A stretch of 64,000 nt of DNA from Promethearchaeota archaeon (GTDB lineage: Archaea > Asgardarchaeota > Lokiarchaeia > Sigyniarchaeales > SOKP01): positions 34,371 to 98,370 of the forward strand of contig JAHPZJ010000019.1 of assembly GCA_019058245.1 (NCBI GenBank), written 5' to 3'. This document shows, in pieces, positions 51,033-60,460 of this stretch (position 1 is its first letter; each line of letters opens with the position of its first letter). Made by a program: the position numbers and the translations under genes. The notes beneath the pieces are model-generated. The model was not told the DNA's origin, searched no databases, and saw only the letters and a list, made by a program, of their open reading frames with translations.

Positions 51033-51425
51033 ATGCCAATAATATCCTTACAAATAAGTGATGATTTGTTAGAAAGATTTGAAAATGTACGAAATGTTAG
51101 TGGATTTAGTTCTAAAAGCGAAGCATTAAGAGATTCAATAGTCACCTTCATAGAAAGACATGAAAAATTTGAAAATCTTGAAGGATATAAGTTAATGACA
51201 GTTAATTTAGTTTATCCTTTTAAAGAAATTATTATTGATCAAATAACCGAATTATATTCCCAATACCATCAAATAATTAAAACAATTACAGATTGGCGTA
51301 TAGCAGAAAAAAAGATTGAATTGCTCTTGTTAGTAGGTGAATTTGGGATTATTAAAGATCTATATAAAGAATTAGCCAAAATAAAGGATGTTTTATGTTC
51401 AATTCGAGAAATTGTCATTGATTAA
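51033..51425 (+). CDS. CopG/NikR-like ribbon-helix-helix regulator with ACT-like domain
   Basis: IISLQISDDLLERFE...GFSSKSEALRDSI; His/Cys nickel ligands absent. Confidence 0.8.
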   Translation: MPIISLQISDDLLERFENVRNVSGFSSKSEALRDSIVTFIERHEKFENLEGYKLMTVNLVYPFKEIIIDQITELYSQYHQIIKTITDWRIAEKKIELLLLVGEFGIIKDLYKELAKIKDVLCSIREIVID

Positions 51426-51434
51426 AAATTGGCC

Positions 51435-52289
51435 TTAGTCAAAACGAAGTGAAAAATCAACGCTTTCTGAAGGAAATTGAGTCAATTTTCCTGTGCTTAT
51501 TACATCAGGTTCTGAAAGTAAATAATCTACAATGTTATCTTGAGTTATACCTCCAGAAATTTCAATTATTACTTTATCTCTCAGATTATTTTTTTTTAGT
51601 AAATTGATTACATCTTCTACTTGATCTGGTCCCATATTATCTAACATAATGATGTCTGCTCCATTTCTGGCAGCTGTCAGGACATCTTCGACTTTTTCTA
51701 TTTCTATTTCAATTTTTTTCGAAAAACTCTTCTTTTTTTTACATTCATCCAACAATTTCACTATGTCTCCACTGAAATATCTTAGATGAGTATCTTTTAA
51801 TAGAATCATATCATCCAATGAAAACCTGTGAACATCTGCTAATCCAATTTCAGCAGCTTTTTTATCAAAAATGCGAATTCCGGGAGTTGTTTTACGTGTA
51901 CAGGCAATTTTAACATTTTTTCCAGACTCTTTAATTAATTTAACATATTTTCTAGCAGTAGTTGTAATAGCACTCATATGTACAATTAAATTTAGTCCTG
52001 TTCTCTCCCCTAATAAAATATTTCTTGCATTACCTATTAATTCTACAACGATATCTCCATTATTAACCCCATCTCCATCTTTCTTTTTAAAAGAAGTGGA
52101 AACGTTTAAAATGTCATATAATATTTTCAATTCATTTAATCCAGAAACAAACCCTCTACTCTTAGCAAATATTTTAGCCGAAGCATTAGCATTCTCAGGA
52201 ATCACTTTAGAACTAATATCGATAAACCTACAATCTTCCTGTAAAAATTCCTTTATTTTTTGTTCAATTATAATTCTATTATAACTCAT
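51435..52289 (-). CDS. nadC: Nicotinate-nucleotide pyrophosphorylase (quinolinate phosphoribosyltransferase)
   Basis: ERTGLN, CTRKTTPG, HRFSLDDMILLKDTH, IEIE, IMLDN, EISGGI. Confidence 0.95.
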   Translation of the reverse strand: MSYNRIIIEQKIKEFLQEDCRFIDISSKVIPENANASAKIFAKSRGFVSGLNELKILYDILNVSTSFKKKDGDGVNNGDIVVELIGNARNILLGERTGLNLIVHMSAITTTARKYVKLIKESGKNVKIACTRKTTPGIRIFDKKAAEIGLADVHRFSLDDMILLKDTHLRYFSGDIVKLLDECKKKKSFSKKIEIEIEKVEDVLTAARNGADIIMLDNMGPDQVEDVINLLKKNNLRDKVIIEISGGITQDNIVDYLLSEPDVISTGKLTQFPSESVDFSLRFD

Positions 52290-52344
52290 CTTTCGCACAT
52301 TTTTCTATAGTATTATTATTATAGTATAAAAATTAATTAAAATT

Positions 52345-52983
52345 ATGGTAGGAAAAGAATTATTATTTATTAAAAACAATGAGATAGAACTGGAAGCTGA
52401 ATACTTTCATTCAAATGGAAGTATAAATCTTCCAGTAGTTTTAATTTGCCACCCACATCCCCAATATGGTGGAAATATGTATAATAATGTCGTATCAGGC
52501 GTGTTTAATTACATAATAAAACATGAAATTTCATGTCTAAGATTTAACTTTAGAGGTGTAGGAAAATCGACTGGACACCACTCTGGAGGATCAGGAGAAT
52601 TGGATGACGTAAAAGCTTGTATTGATTTTTTAGTAAATATGAAAAACCATGAAAGAATAATGATATGTGGATACTCTTATGGAGCCGCGATTGGATGCTC
52701 TGCAATTAATTATTCAGAAAAAATTATTGGATATGTTTCTATATCATTTCCTTGGGATATTATGGGTATTCAATATAAAGAATTATCTCAATCAAGTAAG
52801 CCAAAATTGTTCATTCAAGGTAATCAAGATAATGTAGCTGTTTATGAGAGATTTCAAGAAAACTTTGATTCTTATTTAGATCCAAAAACAAGTAAAATTA
52901 TAGATGGAGCAGATCACTTTTATATAGGTTATGAATCACAGATTTCTGAAGAGGTGTTAGCATTTTATAACAGTTTAATTTAA
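52345..52983 (+). CDS. Alpha/beta hydrolase
   Basis: CHPHPQYGGNM, RFNFRGVG, GYSYG nucleophile elbow, GADHF. Confidence 0.92.
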   Translation: MVGKELLFIKNNEIELEAEYFHSNGSINLPVVLICHPHPQYGGNMYNNVVSGVFNYIIKHEISCLRFNFRGVGKSTGHHSGGSGELDDVKACIDFLVNMKNHERIMICGYSYGAAIGCSAINYSEKIIGYVSISFPWDIMGIQYKELSQSSKPKLFIQGNQDNVAVYERFQENFDSYLDPKTSKIIDGADHFYIGYESQISEEVLAFYNSLI

Positions 52984-54017
52984 AAAAAGTTTAATAAAAC
53001 CTTGCCGAATTGATTACCACTATTTAAATATGTTTCTGCTTCTCCTGTTTGATTAAAAGGAAAAATTTTATCAATAATTGGATTTAGTTTTCTTTCAAAT
53101 ACTAATTTCATTACTTCTCGAAATTCTCCTTGGGTTCCCATGGATGTTCCTTTTATTTCTAGATGCTTCCAAAAAAGATTTGCTATATTTAGTTTTGTAA
53201 ATGGTCCTGTAGTAGCACCGCAAGTAATTAATTGACCACCAGGTCTTAATAAACGAATACTATTTTGGAAAGTTGCTTTTCCAATACTATCAATAACAAT
53301 ATCTATACCATGTCTCTCAGTTAATTCTTTGTAGACATATTTCGTATAATCTTTCATTTCATTGTAATTTAAAACATGATCCGCCCCTATATCTATTGCT
53401 TTTGCAATTTTTTCAGGTGTACTAGTTGTTGCTATAACTTTTGCTCCAAAATATTTGGCAATTTGAATTGCAGCTGTAGAAATACCTCCTCCAGCTCCAT
53501 GTATGAAAACATAATCTCCTTGCTTCACATTAGCTTGCGTCTTCAACATTCTATAAGCAGTCAAAAAAGTTAAAGGTGCTGCAGCTGCTTTATCTAAGGG
53601 AAACATTTTAGGTACTTTTAGAACATTAATTTCAGGTATTTTAAAATATTCTGCAAATGTTCCCCATCCGTGTTCTCCTATGATTGAAAAATTTTTACAA
53701 AATACTTGTCTTCCAGATAAGCAGAATTCGCATTTTCCACAAGATATTCCAGGATTTATAGTAACTTCCTCACCAACATCTATAGTAGTTACTTGAGATC
53801 CAACTTCCTTCACTATTCCACTCCCATCAGCTCCAATCACATGAGGTTTCTTTATGTTTAATCCTGGCCATCCATTAATTACAAATATATCTAAATGATT
53901 CAATGCTGCAAACCGAGTCTCTATTAATACTTCATTAGGACTTATACTCAAATCATCTACTTCACCAATAGAGATCTCATCTATTTTACCATGTTTAGAA
54001 AAATATGCTGCTTTCAT
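52980..54017 (-). CDS. Zinc-binding MDR dehydrogenase (quinone oxidoreductase-like)
   Basis: LNHLD, GADGSG, structural Zn site CGKCEFC...C, GAGGG, CGATTG, FGK. Confidence 0.92.
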   Translation of the reverse strand: MKAAYFSKHGKIDEISIGEVDDLSISPNEVLIETRFAALNHLDIFVINGWPGLNIKKPHVIGADGSGIVKEVGSQVTTIDVGEEVTINPGISCGKCEFCLSGRQVFCKNFSIIGEHGWGTFAEYFKIPEINVLKVPKMFPLDKAAAAPLTFLTAYRMLKTQANVKQGDYVFIHGAGGGISTAAIQIAKYFGAKVIATTSTPEKIAKAIDIGADHVLNYNEMKDYTKYVYKELTERHGIDIVIDSIGKATFQNSIRLLRPGGQLITCGATTGPFTKLNIANLFWKHLEIKGTSMGTQGEFREVMKLVFERKLNPIIDKIFPFNQTGEAETYLNSGNQFGKVLLNFF

Positions 54018-54117
54018 CTTAAGTACTACATTTTATTTATCCTTTTGAATCTGTTGTTTATATTTTAAAATGAAACTAGGATAAATTAACAAAAAATAAA
54101 GATTATAAGAAAAAAGA

Positions 54118-54516
54118 TTATAAACTTGAGAGTTTTTCTAAATCATCTTGAGAGTTTTCAACAGCCCAATCAAGGAGTTGATCAAAATATCTTTCTACAT
54201 CATCGGTTTCAGGTGATTTCGACAGAATAGCTAAAATAAATTGATTCTTATCATCAGGCATGATAATATTCCTCATCATGATAAAATCCTCTTTGTACTT
54301 TATCTTCATACTCATTATCTCAGAAAGATCTAGCTCCTCGGCTGCTTTATATGCAGAATCACTCAATAACGATCCCATAGCTGCTACAACACGTTCATCA
54401 ATCTTTTCTTCTTTTTGAGATGCTAAAACAAGTCCAGTTGAGGTAGCGAAAAGTGACGCTCGAAAATTTCCATTTTCATTAAGTTCTTTAAGTACTAGAT
54501 CAAGTCTACTTACCAA
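54118..54516 (-). CDS. Roadblock/LC7 domain protein
   Basis: Pattern L..L...G.F.ASL.AT.TGL.LAS......E..VAAM...L; about 130 aa. Confidence 0.8.
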   Translation of the reverse strand: MVSRLDLVLKELNENGNFRASLFATSTGLVLASQKEEKIDERVVAAMGSLLSDSAYKAAEELDLSEIMSMKIKYKEDFIMMRNIIMPDDKNQFILAILSKSPETDDVERYFDQLLDWAVENSQDDLEKLSSL

Positions 54517-54772
54517 ATCTTAACACTCTCAATTATGATTATTCAATGATAACTTAAATTAGACTATAGATTTTTTTTTTTAATATGTTCTTTATCTAAA
54601 ATGCTTACATAAAATTTCCTTGTAAGAATAATATGAGTAAATTAATATTTAAAATTATTCAAATGGAACTTTGAATCATATTTTCTAATTTTCGTTTAAA
54701 AATTTAATATTTTTTATAATGAGGTATTATTTAGAATCAAATTTAATTATCGGAGTGGTATATTCTAAATTA

Positions 54773-55288
54773 TTATTTAAGATTGATAATGAAAGTTGAT
54801 AAAATATCATTCTCATCAATAGTTAAAGTAATTACGCTTGGTCTAGCGATAGGTTTCATAAACCCAGGTCTTTCAAGAGGGGCTTTTGGTTTTGTGGGGG
54901 AACCAGGATTTAAAAGAAGAACGTTAAAAGCGGTACCTTTTATTAAAGGTTGATGAGTATGTCCAAAAATTAGAATTTGTAAACCATGTTGTTTTGTGAA
55001 CTCTTCAAGATTATCTGGTAAAATATGGATTACTCCAATATTATACCTTCCTATTGTAAACTTTGTGAAAATTTTTAATTCCTTAATATTATCCAGATTT
55101 CCTTGTACACATCTAGTTGCCGCTATACTTTGTAGTTCTTTTAGAAAAAATTCCTCACATACATCACCAGCATGAACAATTTCATCAACATCTTTAAAAA
55201 CTTTTCTAAGTTGATAGAATAAGGAAGAAATCTCATCTTTAGAGGAATCATTAGTAATATGCGTGTCAGATAATATCCCCAACTTCAT
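54773..55288 (-). CDS. Metallophosphoesterase, YfcE/Vps29/MJ0936 family
   Basis: GILSDTH, HAGD, GNLD, GHTH, NPGS. Confidence 0.92.
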   Translation of the reverse strand: MKLGILSDTHITNDSSKDEISSLFYQLRKVFKDVDEIVHAGDVCEEFFLKELQSIAATRCVQGNLDNIKELKIFTKFTIGRYNIGVIHILPDNLEEFTKQHGLQILIFGHTHQPLIKGTAFNVLLLNPGSPTKPKAPLERPGFMKPIARPSVITLTIDENDILSTFIINLK

Positions 55289-55302
55289 TAGAATAACACA
55301 CT

Positions 55303-56364
55303 CTATATTGCTATAATAAAACTCATTATAAAAATCAAGAAACTCACAATAATATCAAAAAATATCCGAAAACTCGTGTCACCTATCGTAATCTCGTCTT
55401 CCTCATCGCGTTTGAAATAGGATTTAAGCATACTCAAACCGATGGATACACTTTCTTTGATTTGGGAAAACTGCCAGATAAAAAATATACACCCTATCAA
55501 TAGTAATGGAATATAAAGATAAAGAGTTAACACTGAAAAATCTATTTCATTGTTAAAACACCAAATGGCATGAGCTGAGATTATGTTATTTAATGAATGG
55601 GCGATAATTACAGGGAAAATCCACTTTTTTCTTAATACAAATAAAGAAAGGATTATTCCAATAAAAAAAGCTTGTAAAAACCAAATTAATGGAAACCAAA
55701 TCGGATATAATCTACTTACAGGATCGAGGAAATAAGCAAAATGACGTAATCCAAAATAGAGAGATGATATCATTACAGCGGATATACTAAAAAAATGTTC
55801 ACTTCCCCTTTTAGTTATCAGGCCCCTAGTAATAGTCTCTTCTGACATTGCTACAGAAAATTGAATAATAATTACAGAAACTAAAAATATAATGTAAGAT
55901 GTTCCTGATGTTAAATAAACATCTGTATTCGGACGTGTATAAGATTGGTATTCAAGCATCTCTGGTATTAGTAAGTAACCAAAAAAATCAAATGGTAAAA
56001 AAATCAGAAAGAAAATTAATAATCCGTATAAAATTTGATACTTATAATTCTTTCTGGTCATTTTATATAATTTTAAGTGTCCCTTTGCAGGAGAAAGGCT
56101 ATCCTCTAAAATAACCTCTTTTTTTTGAGGAGGTTCAAATACTCTATTAGAGATTATTAAAATAAGTGGTACTCCAATAAATACAAAAATAGCTTTTAAA
56201 CTATAAATCAATATACCATAAAGTGGAGAATCTGATTTTACTACTAATGGAATTAAAAAAGTAGGTAATAAAAAAACTAAAATTAGAAGAAAGCCTAAAG
56301 CAACTTCTTGCAAGAAAAACCGCATTCTCTTAAAAGCAATTACTTTCTTACTATTTTGGTACAT
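55303..56364 (-). CDS. CPBP/Abi family intramembrane glutamic endopeptidase
   Basis: SEETITRG, FGLRH, AHSLNN; multiple TMs. Confidence 0.88.
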   Translation of the reverse strand: MYQNSKKVIAFKRMRFFLQEVALGFLLILVFLLPTFLIPLVVKSDSPLYGILIYSLKAIFVFIGVPLILIISNRVFEPPQKKEVILEDSLSPAKGHLKLYKMTRKNYKYQILYGLLIFFLIFLPFDFFGYLLIPEMLEYQSYTRPNTDVYLTSGTSYIIFLVSVIIIQFSVAMSEETITRGLITKRGSEHFFSISAVMISSLYFGLRHFAYFLDPVSRLYPIWFPLIWFLQAFFIGIILSLFVLRKKWIFPVIIAHSLNNIISAHAIWCFNNEIDFSVLTLYLYIPLLLIGCIFFIWQFSQIKESVSIGLSMLKSYFKRDEEDEITIGDTSFRIFFDIIVSFLIFIMSFIIAI

Positions 56365-56435
56365 TTATTATCACTTTTATAATTTGAATAAAAAATTATT
56401 GAATCAAAAAATTATAAATTTTGTTATTTACTAAT

Positions 56436-57389
56436 TTAAAGACTGAAATCTATCTCATCCTCGGTAGGAATACCACTTCTAGCCCCTAATTCTTGAATAC
56501 AACTTCCTGCAATGTAGTTCCCAATTTTTACATTGATTTTCAGATCTTCAAAATTAAAACTAAGATTTTTATTAAAACCGTATATAAATCCCGCGGAAAA
56601 TGCATCTCCTGCTCCAGTTGTATCAATTATTTTTTCTACTTTGATGGGTTCAATTAATTCAGCTCTTTTTGAATTTATCAGCCAAGCTCCTTTTTTTCCC
56701 GTAGTTATGATAATAATTCTAATCCCTAATTTGAATAGACTTGATACTTTTTCATTAATTAAATGTCTCTTTAATTTATTATCTACTACTTGAAAGAGAT
56801 AAAGAAATTCTCTTTCTGAAATAATCAATATATCGATATCACTTAATAATCCTTGTATCTTACTATAACCTTGTTCAATAACCAACATTCCCGGATTTAA
56901 GATTATTGGAATTTTATGTTCTTTTGCAATTTTAGCGGCTTTCACAAAAGGTGCCAAATTCTGTAAACTACTTAAAAATATTATTTTTGCTTTTAGAATT
57001 TCTTCAGAATTTATATCATTTGAAGAAAGCAAATTTGCTGCTCCGCTATATGCATAAATTCTTCGATCTCCACTTCTATCTATAGCAACATATGCCAGTC
57101 CTGTTGCTTGTTCTCGTGAGTACTTAATTAAAGTTGTATTAAGTGAAATTTCTTCGAAATCCTTAATGATCTTATTTCCAAATTCATCTTTATATCCTAT
57201 CTTTCCTATAAATGCTGTTTTTAATCCTATTAACTTGCAAGCATAAGCTGTATTTGCGGCAGCTCCACCAGACATTATCTGCAAATTTGGTACGAAAATC
57301 TCATCATCTTCTATTGGATGCCTTTCGATTTTAGCGACAATGTCAATAAGAGCGGCACCAATACATATTACATCAAAATCTTTTTCCAT
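56436..57389 (-). CDS. PfkB family carbohydrate/nucleoside kinase
   Basis: GGAAANTA, DTTGAGDAFSAG. Confidence 0.93.
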   Translation of the reverse strand: MEKDFDVICIGAALIDIVAKIERHPIEDDEIFVPNLQIMSGGAAANTAYACKLIGLKTAFIGKIGYKDEFGNKIIKDFEEISLNTTLIKYSREQATGLAYVAIDRSGDRRIYAYSGAANLLSSNDINSEEILKAKIIFLSSLQNLAPFVKAAKIAKEHKIPIILNPGMLVIEQGYSKIQGLLSDIDILIISEREFLYLFQVVDNKLKRHLINEKVSSLFKLGIRIIIITTGKKGAWLINSKRAELIEPIKVEKIIDTTGAGDAFSAGFIYGFNKNLSFNFEDLKINVKIGNYIAGSCIQELGARSGIPTEDEIDFSL

Positions 57390-57401
57390 TAAATAATCTC
57401 C

Positions 57402-58586
57402 TTAATCGTAAGTAAAAGAACCAACTTCTGATTTAAGCTCTAACACATTTTTACCCTTTATTGGAGACTGTTCGCAATATCCAATTATCTTTGAATCAAT
57501 ACGATAATTTTTGGCGATTTTTATAATTTCTAAGGAGATAGATTCATCACATAATATTTCCATCCTATGTCCCATATTAAAAACACTGTACATTTCCTTC
57601 CATTGAGTTTCAGATGATTTTTGAATCAATTTAAATATTTTTGGAATACTGAATAAATTATTCTTTACATATTTTATCCCTTTTCCAAATTTTAGGATTT
57701 TAGCTTGACCTCCCCCAGTATTATGAATGATGCCATGAATATCATTTCTATAATCTCTTAGGATATCATTTATAACTGGAGCATATGTTCTTGTTGGTGA
57801 TAATAATGCTTTTCCAATAGTTAAACCAAGCTCATCAATCATATCTGTTAATTTATATTTACCAAAAAAAACAAAATTCTCATCGAGATTTTGATCATAA
57901 CATTCTGGATATTTTTTATAATATTCATGTGAAAGTATGCCATGCCTTGCTAATGTTAATCCATTACTCCCAATTCCACTATTATACTCATCTTCATAGG
58001 ATGCTTTTCCAGAACTAGCTAGACCAATTAAAATATCTGTAGATTTAATATTACTGGCATCGATCACATCTTTTCTTTTCAATCTAGTAAATACAGATGC
58101 TAATATAGATATACTTTTAACTAAATCTCCAATATCTTCAGTTTCACCCCCACAAGTGAGTATTTTTAAGCCATATTTCGAAAATTTTTTGCTAAATGAC
58201 TCGTACTCATTAATAATAGTGGATAATATTTCACCAGAAATAATATTCGCATTTCTCATTATGGTATTAGATAAAAAGAGATCCCCTGTTGCTCCAACAC
58301 ATAATAGATCGTCTATATTCATCGCAATGGTATCATGAACAATCCCCTTAAATACACTTATATCTCCCGTTTCTTTATAGTACATATATGCTAAACTTGA
58401 TTTTGTTCCTGCCCCATCTTCATGAAACACCGAACAATAATCCTTATTTCCTGCTATATCTTCAACTATTTTACAAAATGCTCCTGGGAATAACCCTTTA
58501 TTTATAGATTTTATAGCTAAATGAACATCTTCCTTTTTAGAGGAGACACCTAATTTTTTGTATATATTATTATTATTTTCAGCCAT
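57402..58586 (-). CDS. purM: Phosphoribosylformylglycinamidine cyclo-ligase (AIR synthase), long Bacteroidota-like type
   Basis: GVSSKKEDVH, DGAGTK, MNIDD, GGET, SNGLT, PTRTY, TGGG, VFNMG. Confidence 0.92.
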   Translation of the reverse strand: MAENNNNIYKKLGVSSKKEDVHLAIKSINKGLFPGAFCKIVEDIAGNKDYCSVFHEDGAGTKSSLAYMYYKETGDISVFKGIVHDTIAMNIDDLLCVGATGDLFLSNTIMRNANIISGEILSTIINEYESFSKKFSKYGLKILTCGGETEDIGDLVKSISILASVFTRLKRKDVIDASNIKSTDILIGLASSGKASYEDEYNSGIGSNGLTLARHGILSHEYYKKYPECYDQNLDENFVFFGKYKLTDMIDELGLTIGKALLSPTRTYAPVINDILRDYRNDIHGIIHNTGGGQAKILKFGKGIKYVKNNLFSIPKIFKLIQKSSETQWKEMYSVFNMGHRMEILCDESISLEIIKIAKNYRIDSKIIGYCEQSPIKGKNVLELKSEVGSFTYD

Positions 58587-58597
58587 TGTATTAAAAT

Positions 58598-59956
58598 TCA
58601 GACTTTATATTTATTTTTTAGGAACTTTACTAAATTCTCTACTTGTTCAACAGCTTGACCAATATATTGATATGGATCAAAAATATCATCTAATTCTGCT
58701 TTAGTAAATTTTTCTTTAATTTGATTGTTTTTAATTAAAATATCTTTCAAGTATAAATCTTTAGTTCTAGCTTCTATTGAGGCTTTACGTAAGATTTCAT
58801 GCCCTTCTTGTCTTCCAATGCCCTTCTTTACTAGTTGAACCATAAATTTTTCACTAAGACATGCTCCTTTAGTGAGATTTAGATTTTCCTCAATTTTTTT
58901 TTCATTGAATTCAAGACCTATTAAATTTTCATTTAATTGTCTAATCATATAATCTAATAGTATGAAATTTTCAGCAAAAACTACTCTCTCAGAAGCAGAG
59001 TTTGTTAAGTCTCTTTCATCTTCCAAAACAATATTATCTAAAGCCACTAATACGTTAGATTTTAGAATTCTAGCTAAACTACATATCCGTTCTGATTTAT
59101 GAGGATTCCTTTTATGGGGCATTGTTGAGCTTCCCACTTGCTCTTTTTTAAAGGGTTCAAATATTTCCGCAATTTCATTTCTCTGAAGAATTCTATTTTC
59201 TCTAGCAATTTTAGCTAATGTTTGACCAATTATTGACGTTAAAAAGACAACTTCAGCATGTCTATCTCTCTGGATAATTTGATTTGCTATAAAAACAGGA
59301 TTTAAATCAAGTTTATTCATTACCCTTTTTTGAATTTCTATACCTTTTTCTTCAAAGCTGGCCATTGTCCCTACAGCACCAGACATTTTACCATAAGATA
59401 TTCGATTAATAATTTCAGAAATACGATCTAAATGTCTGCTTATTTCATAAGCCCATACTCCAAATCTCATTCCGTAAGTAGTAGGAATTGCATGTTGACC
59501 ATGTGTTCTTCCTATACATACTAAAATCTTTTTCTCCTCAGTAATTCTTATGAGATTTCTTAATAGATCTAATAAAGCTATTCTTATGTAAATTAAAGCT
59601 TCTTTAAGTTGTAAAGCAATCGCAGTATCTTCAATATCATAACTGGTTGCACCAAGATGAATATATTTACCAGCATCTCCTTCACATTGCTCTGCTAATG
59701 CTTTAACCATTGCCATTAAATCATGATGTATTTCTTTATCAATTTCCTTTACTCTCTCTAATTTTATATGAAATAAGTTTGCTTTTTTCTTTATTTCTTT
59801 AGCAGCATCATGAGGAATATTGTTTAATTCTGCATGAACTTGCGCCAAAACAGCCTCTACCTTTAACCAATTCTCCAATTTTTTTTCTTCTGTGAAAATT
59901 TTTGCGATTTCCGTTCGATACCTTGTTTCTATTGGATGTATAAATTTATGATCCAT
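58598..59956 (-). CDS. purB: Adenylosuccinate lyase
   Basis: HLGATS, GRTHGQHA, signature SSTMPHKRNP, ERD. Confidence 0.96.
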   Translation of the reverse strand: MDHKFIHPIETRYRTEIAKIFTEEKKLENWLKVEAVLAQVHAELNNIPHDAAKEIKKKANLFHIKLERVKEIDKEIHHDLMAMVKALAEQCEGDAGKYIHLGATSYDIEDTAIALQLKEALIYIRIALLDLLRNLIRITEEKKILVCIGRTHGQHAIPTTYGMRFGVWAYEISRHLDRISEIINRISYGKMSGAVGTMASFEEKGIEIQKRVMNKLDLNPVFIANQIIQRDRHAEVVFLTSIIGQTLAKIARENRILQRNEIAEIFEPFKKEQVGSSTMPHKRNPHKSERICSLARILKSNVLVALDNIVLEDERDLTNSASERVVFAENFILLDYMIRQLNENLIGLEFNEKKIEENLNLTKGACLSEKFMVQLVKKGIGRQEGHEILRKASIEARTKDLYLKDILIKNNQIKEKFTKAELDDIFDPYQYIGQAVEQVENLVKFLKNKYKV

Positions 59957-60114
59957 ATTTCTTCCCTTTTTTTATTTTATCCTAATTAAAATAATGATTC
60001 GTCCCAAAATATATCTTATTTTATTGAAGATATTAATCTTAAAATATTTCAATAAAAAAATCAGAAAATTTTAAAGCTGTGAGAGTTAAATTGTTTTGTT
60101 CAATTTAAAGCAAT

Positions 60115-60312
60115 ATGAATAATACTCAGAAATATTTTTTCTTTCGCTGTTATAATTGTGGAGAATGGTATTATTCGAAGAAAATTATTAAATCAAAAAA
60201 ATGTTGGAAATGCAACCATTCATTTTTATTCAAAAATTCAACTAAGTTTGCTCGAATCTGCTCACTTAAAGATGCTATCTTAATAGTCAAGAAATTAAAG
60301 ATTATAGATTAA
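60115..60312 (+). CDS. Small zinc-ribbon protein (DUF1922-like)
   Basis: YFFFRCYNCG...KKCWKCN. Confidence 0.65.
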   Translation: MNNTQKYFFFRCYNCGEWYYSKKIIKSKKCWKCNHSFLFKNSTKFARICSLKDAILIVKKLKIID

Positions 60313-60460
60313 AACTAACTTTTAATACTAATCATTCAAATTAAGAATATATTTAAAAAAGAAAGATATTTAAGCAATTCTTCTCTTTTTTTGATGATAA
60401 ATAGTTAATAGAAATACCCAAACTACTTGATAATTATATTCTAACCTTTAAACGGGAAAA

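Noticed and set aside
43869-52298. Functional link between the SIR2 NADase and nearby nadC (and nadK)
   Set aside because: Opposite strand and separated by unrelated genes; both are ordinary housekeeping NAD genes.
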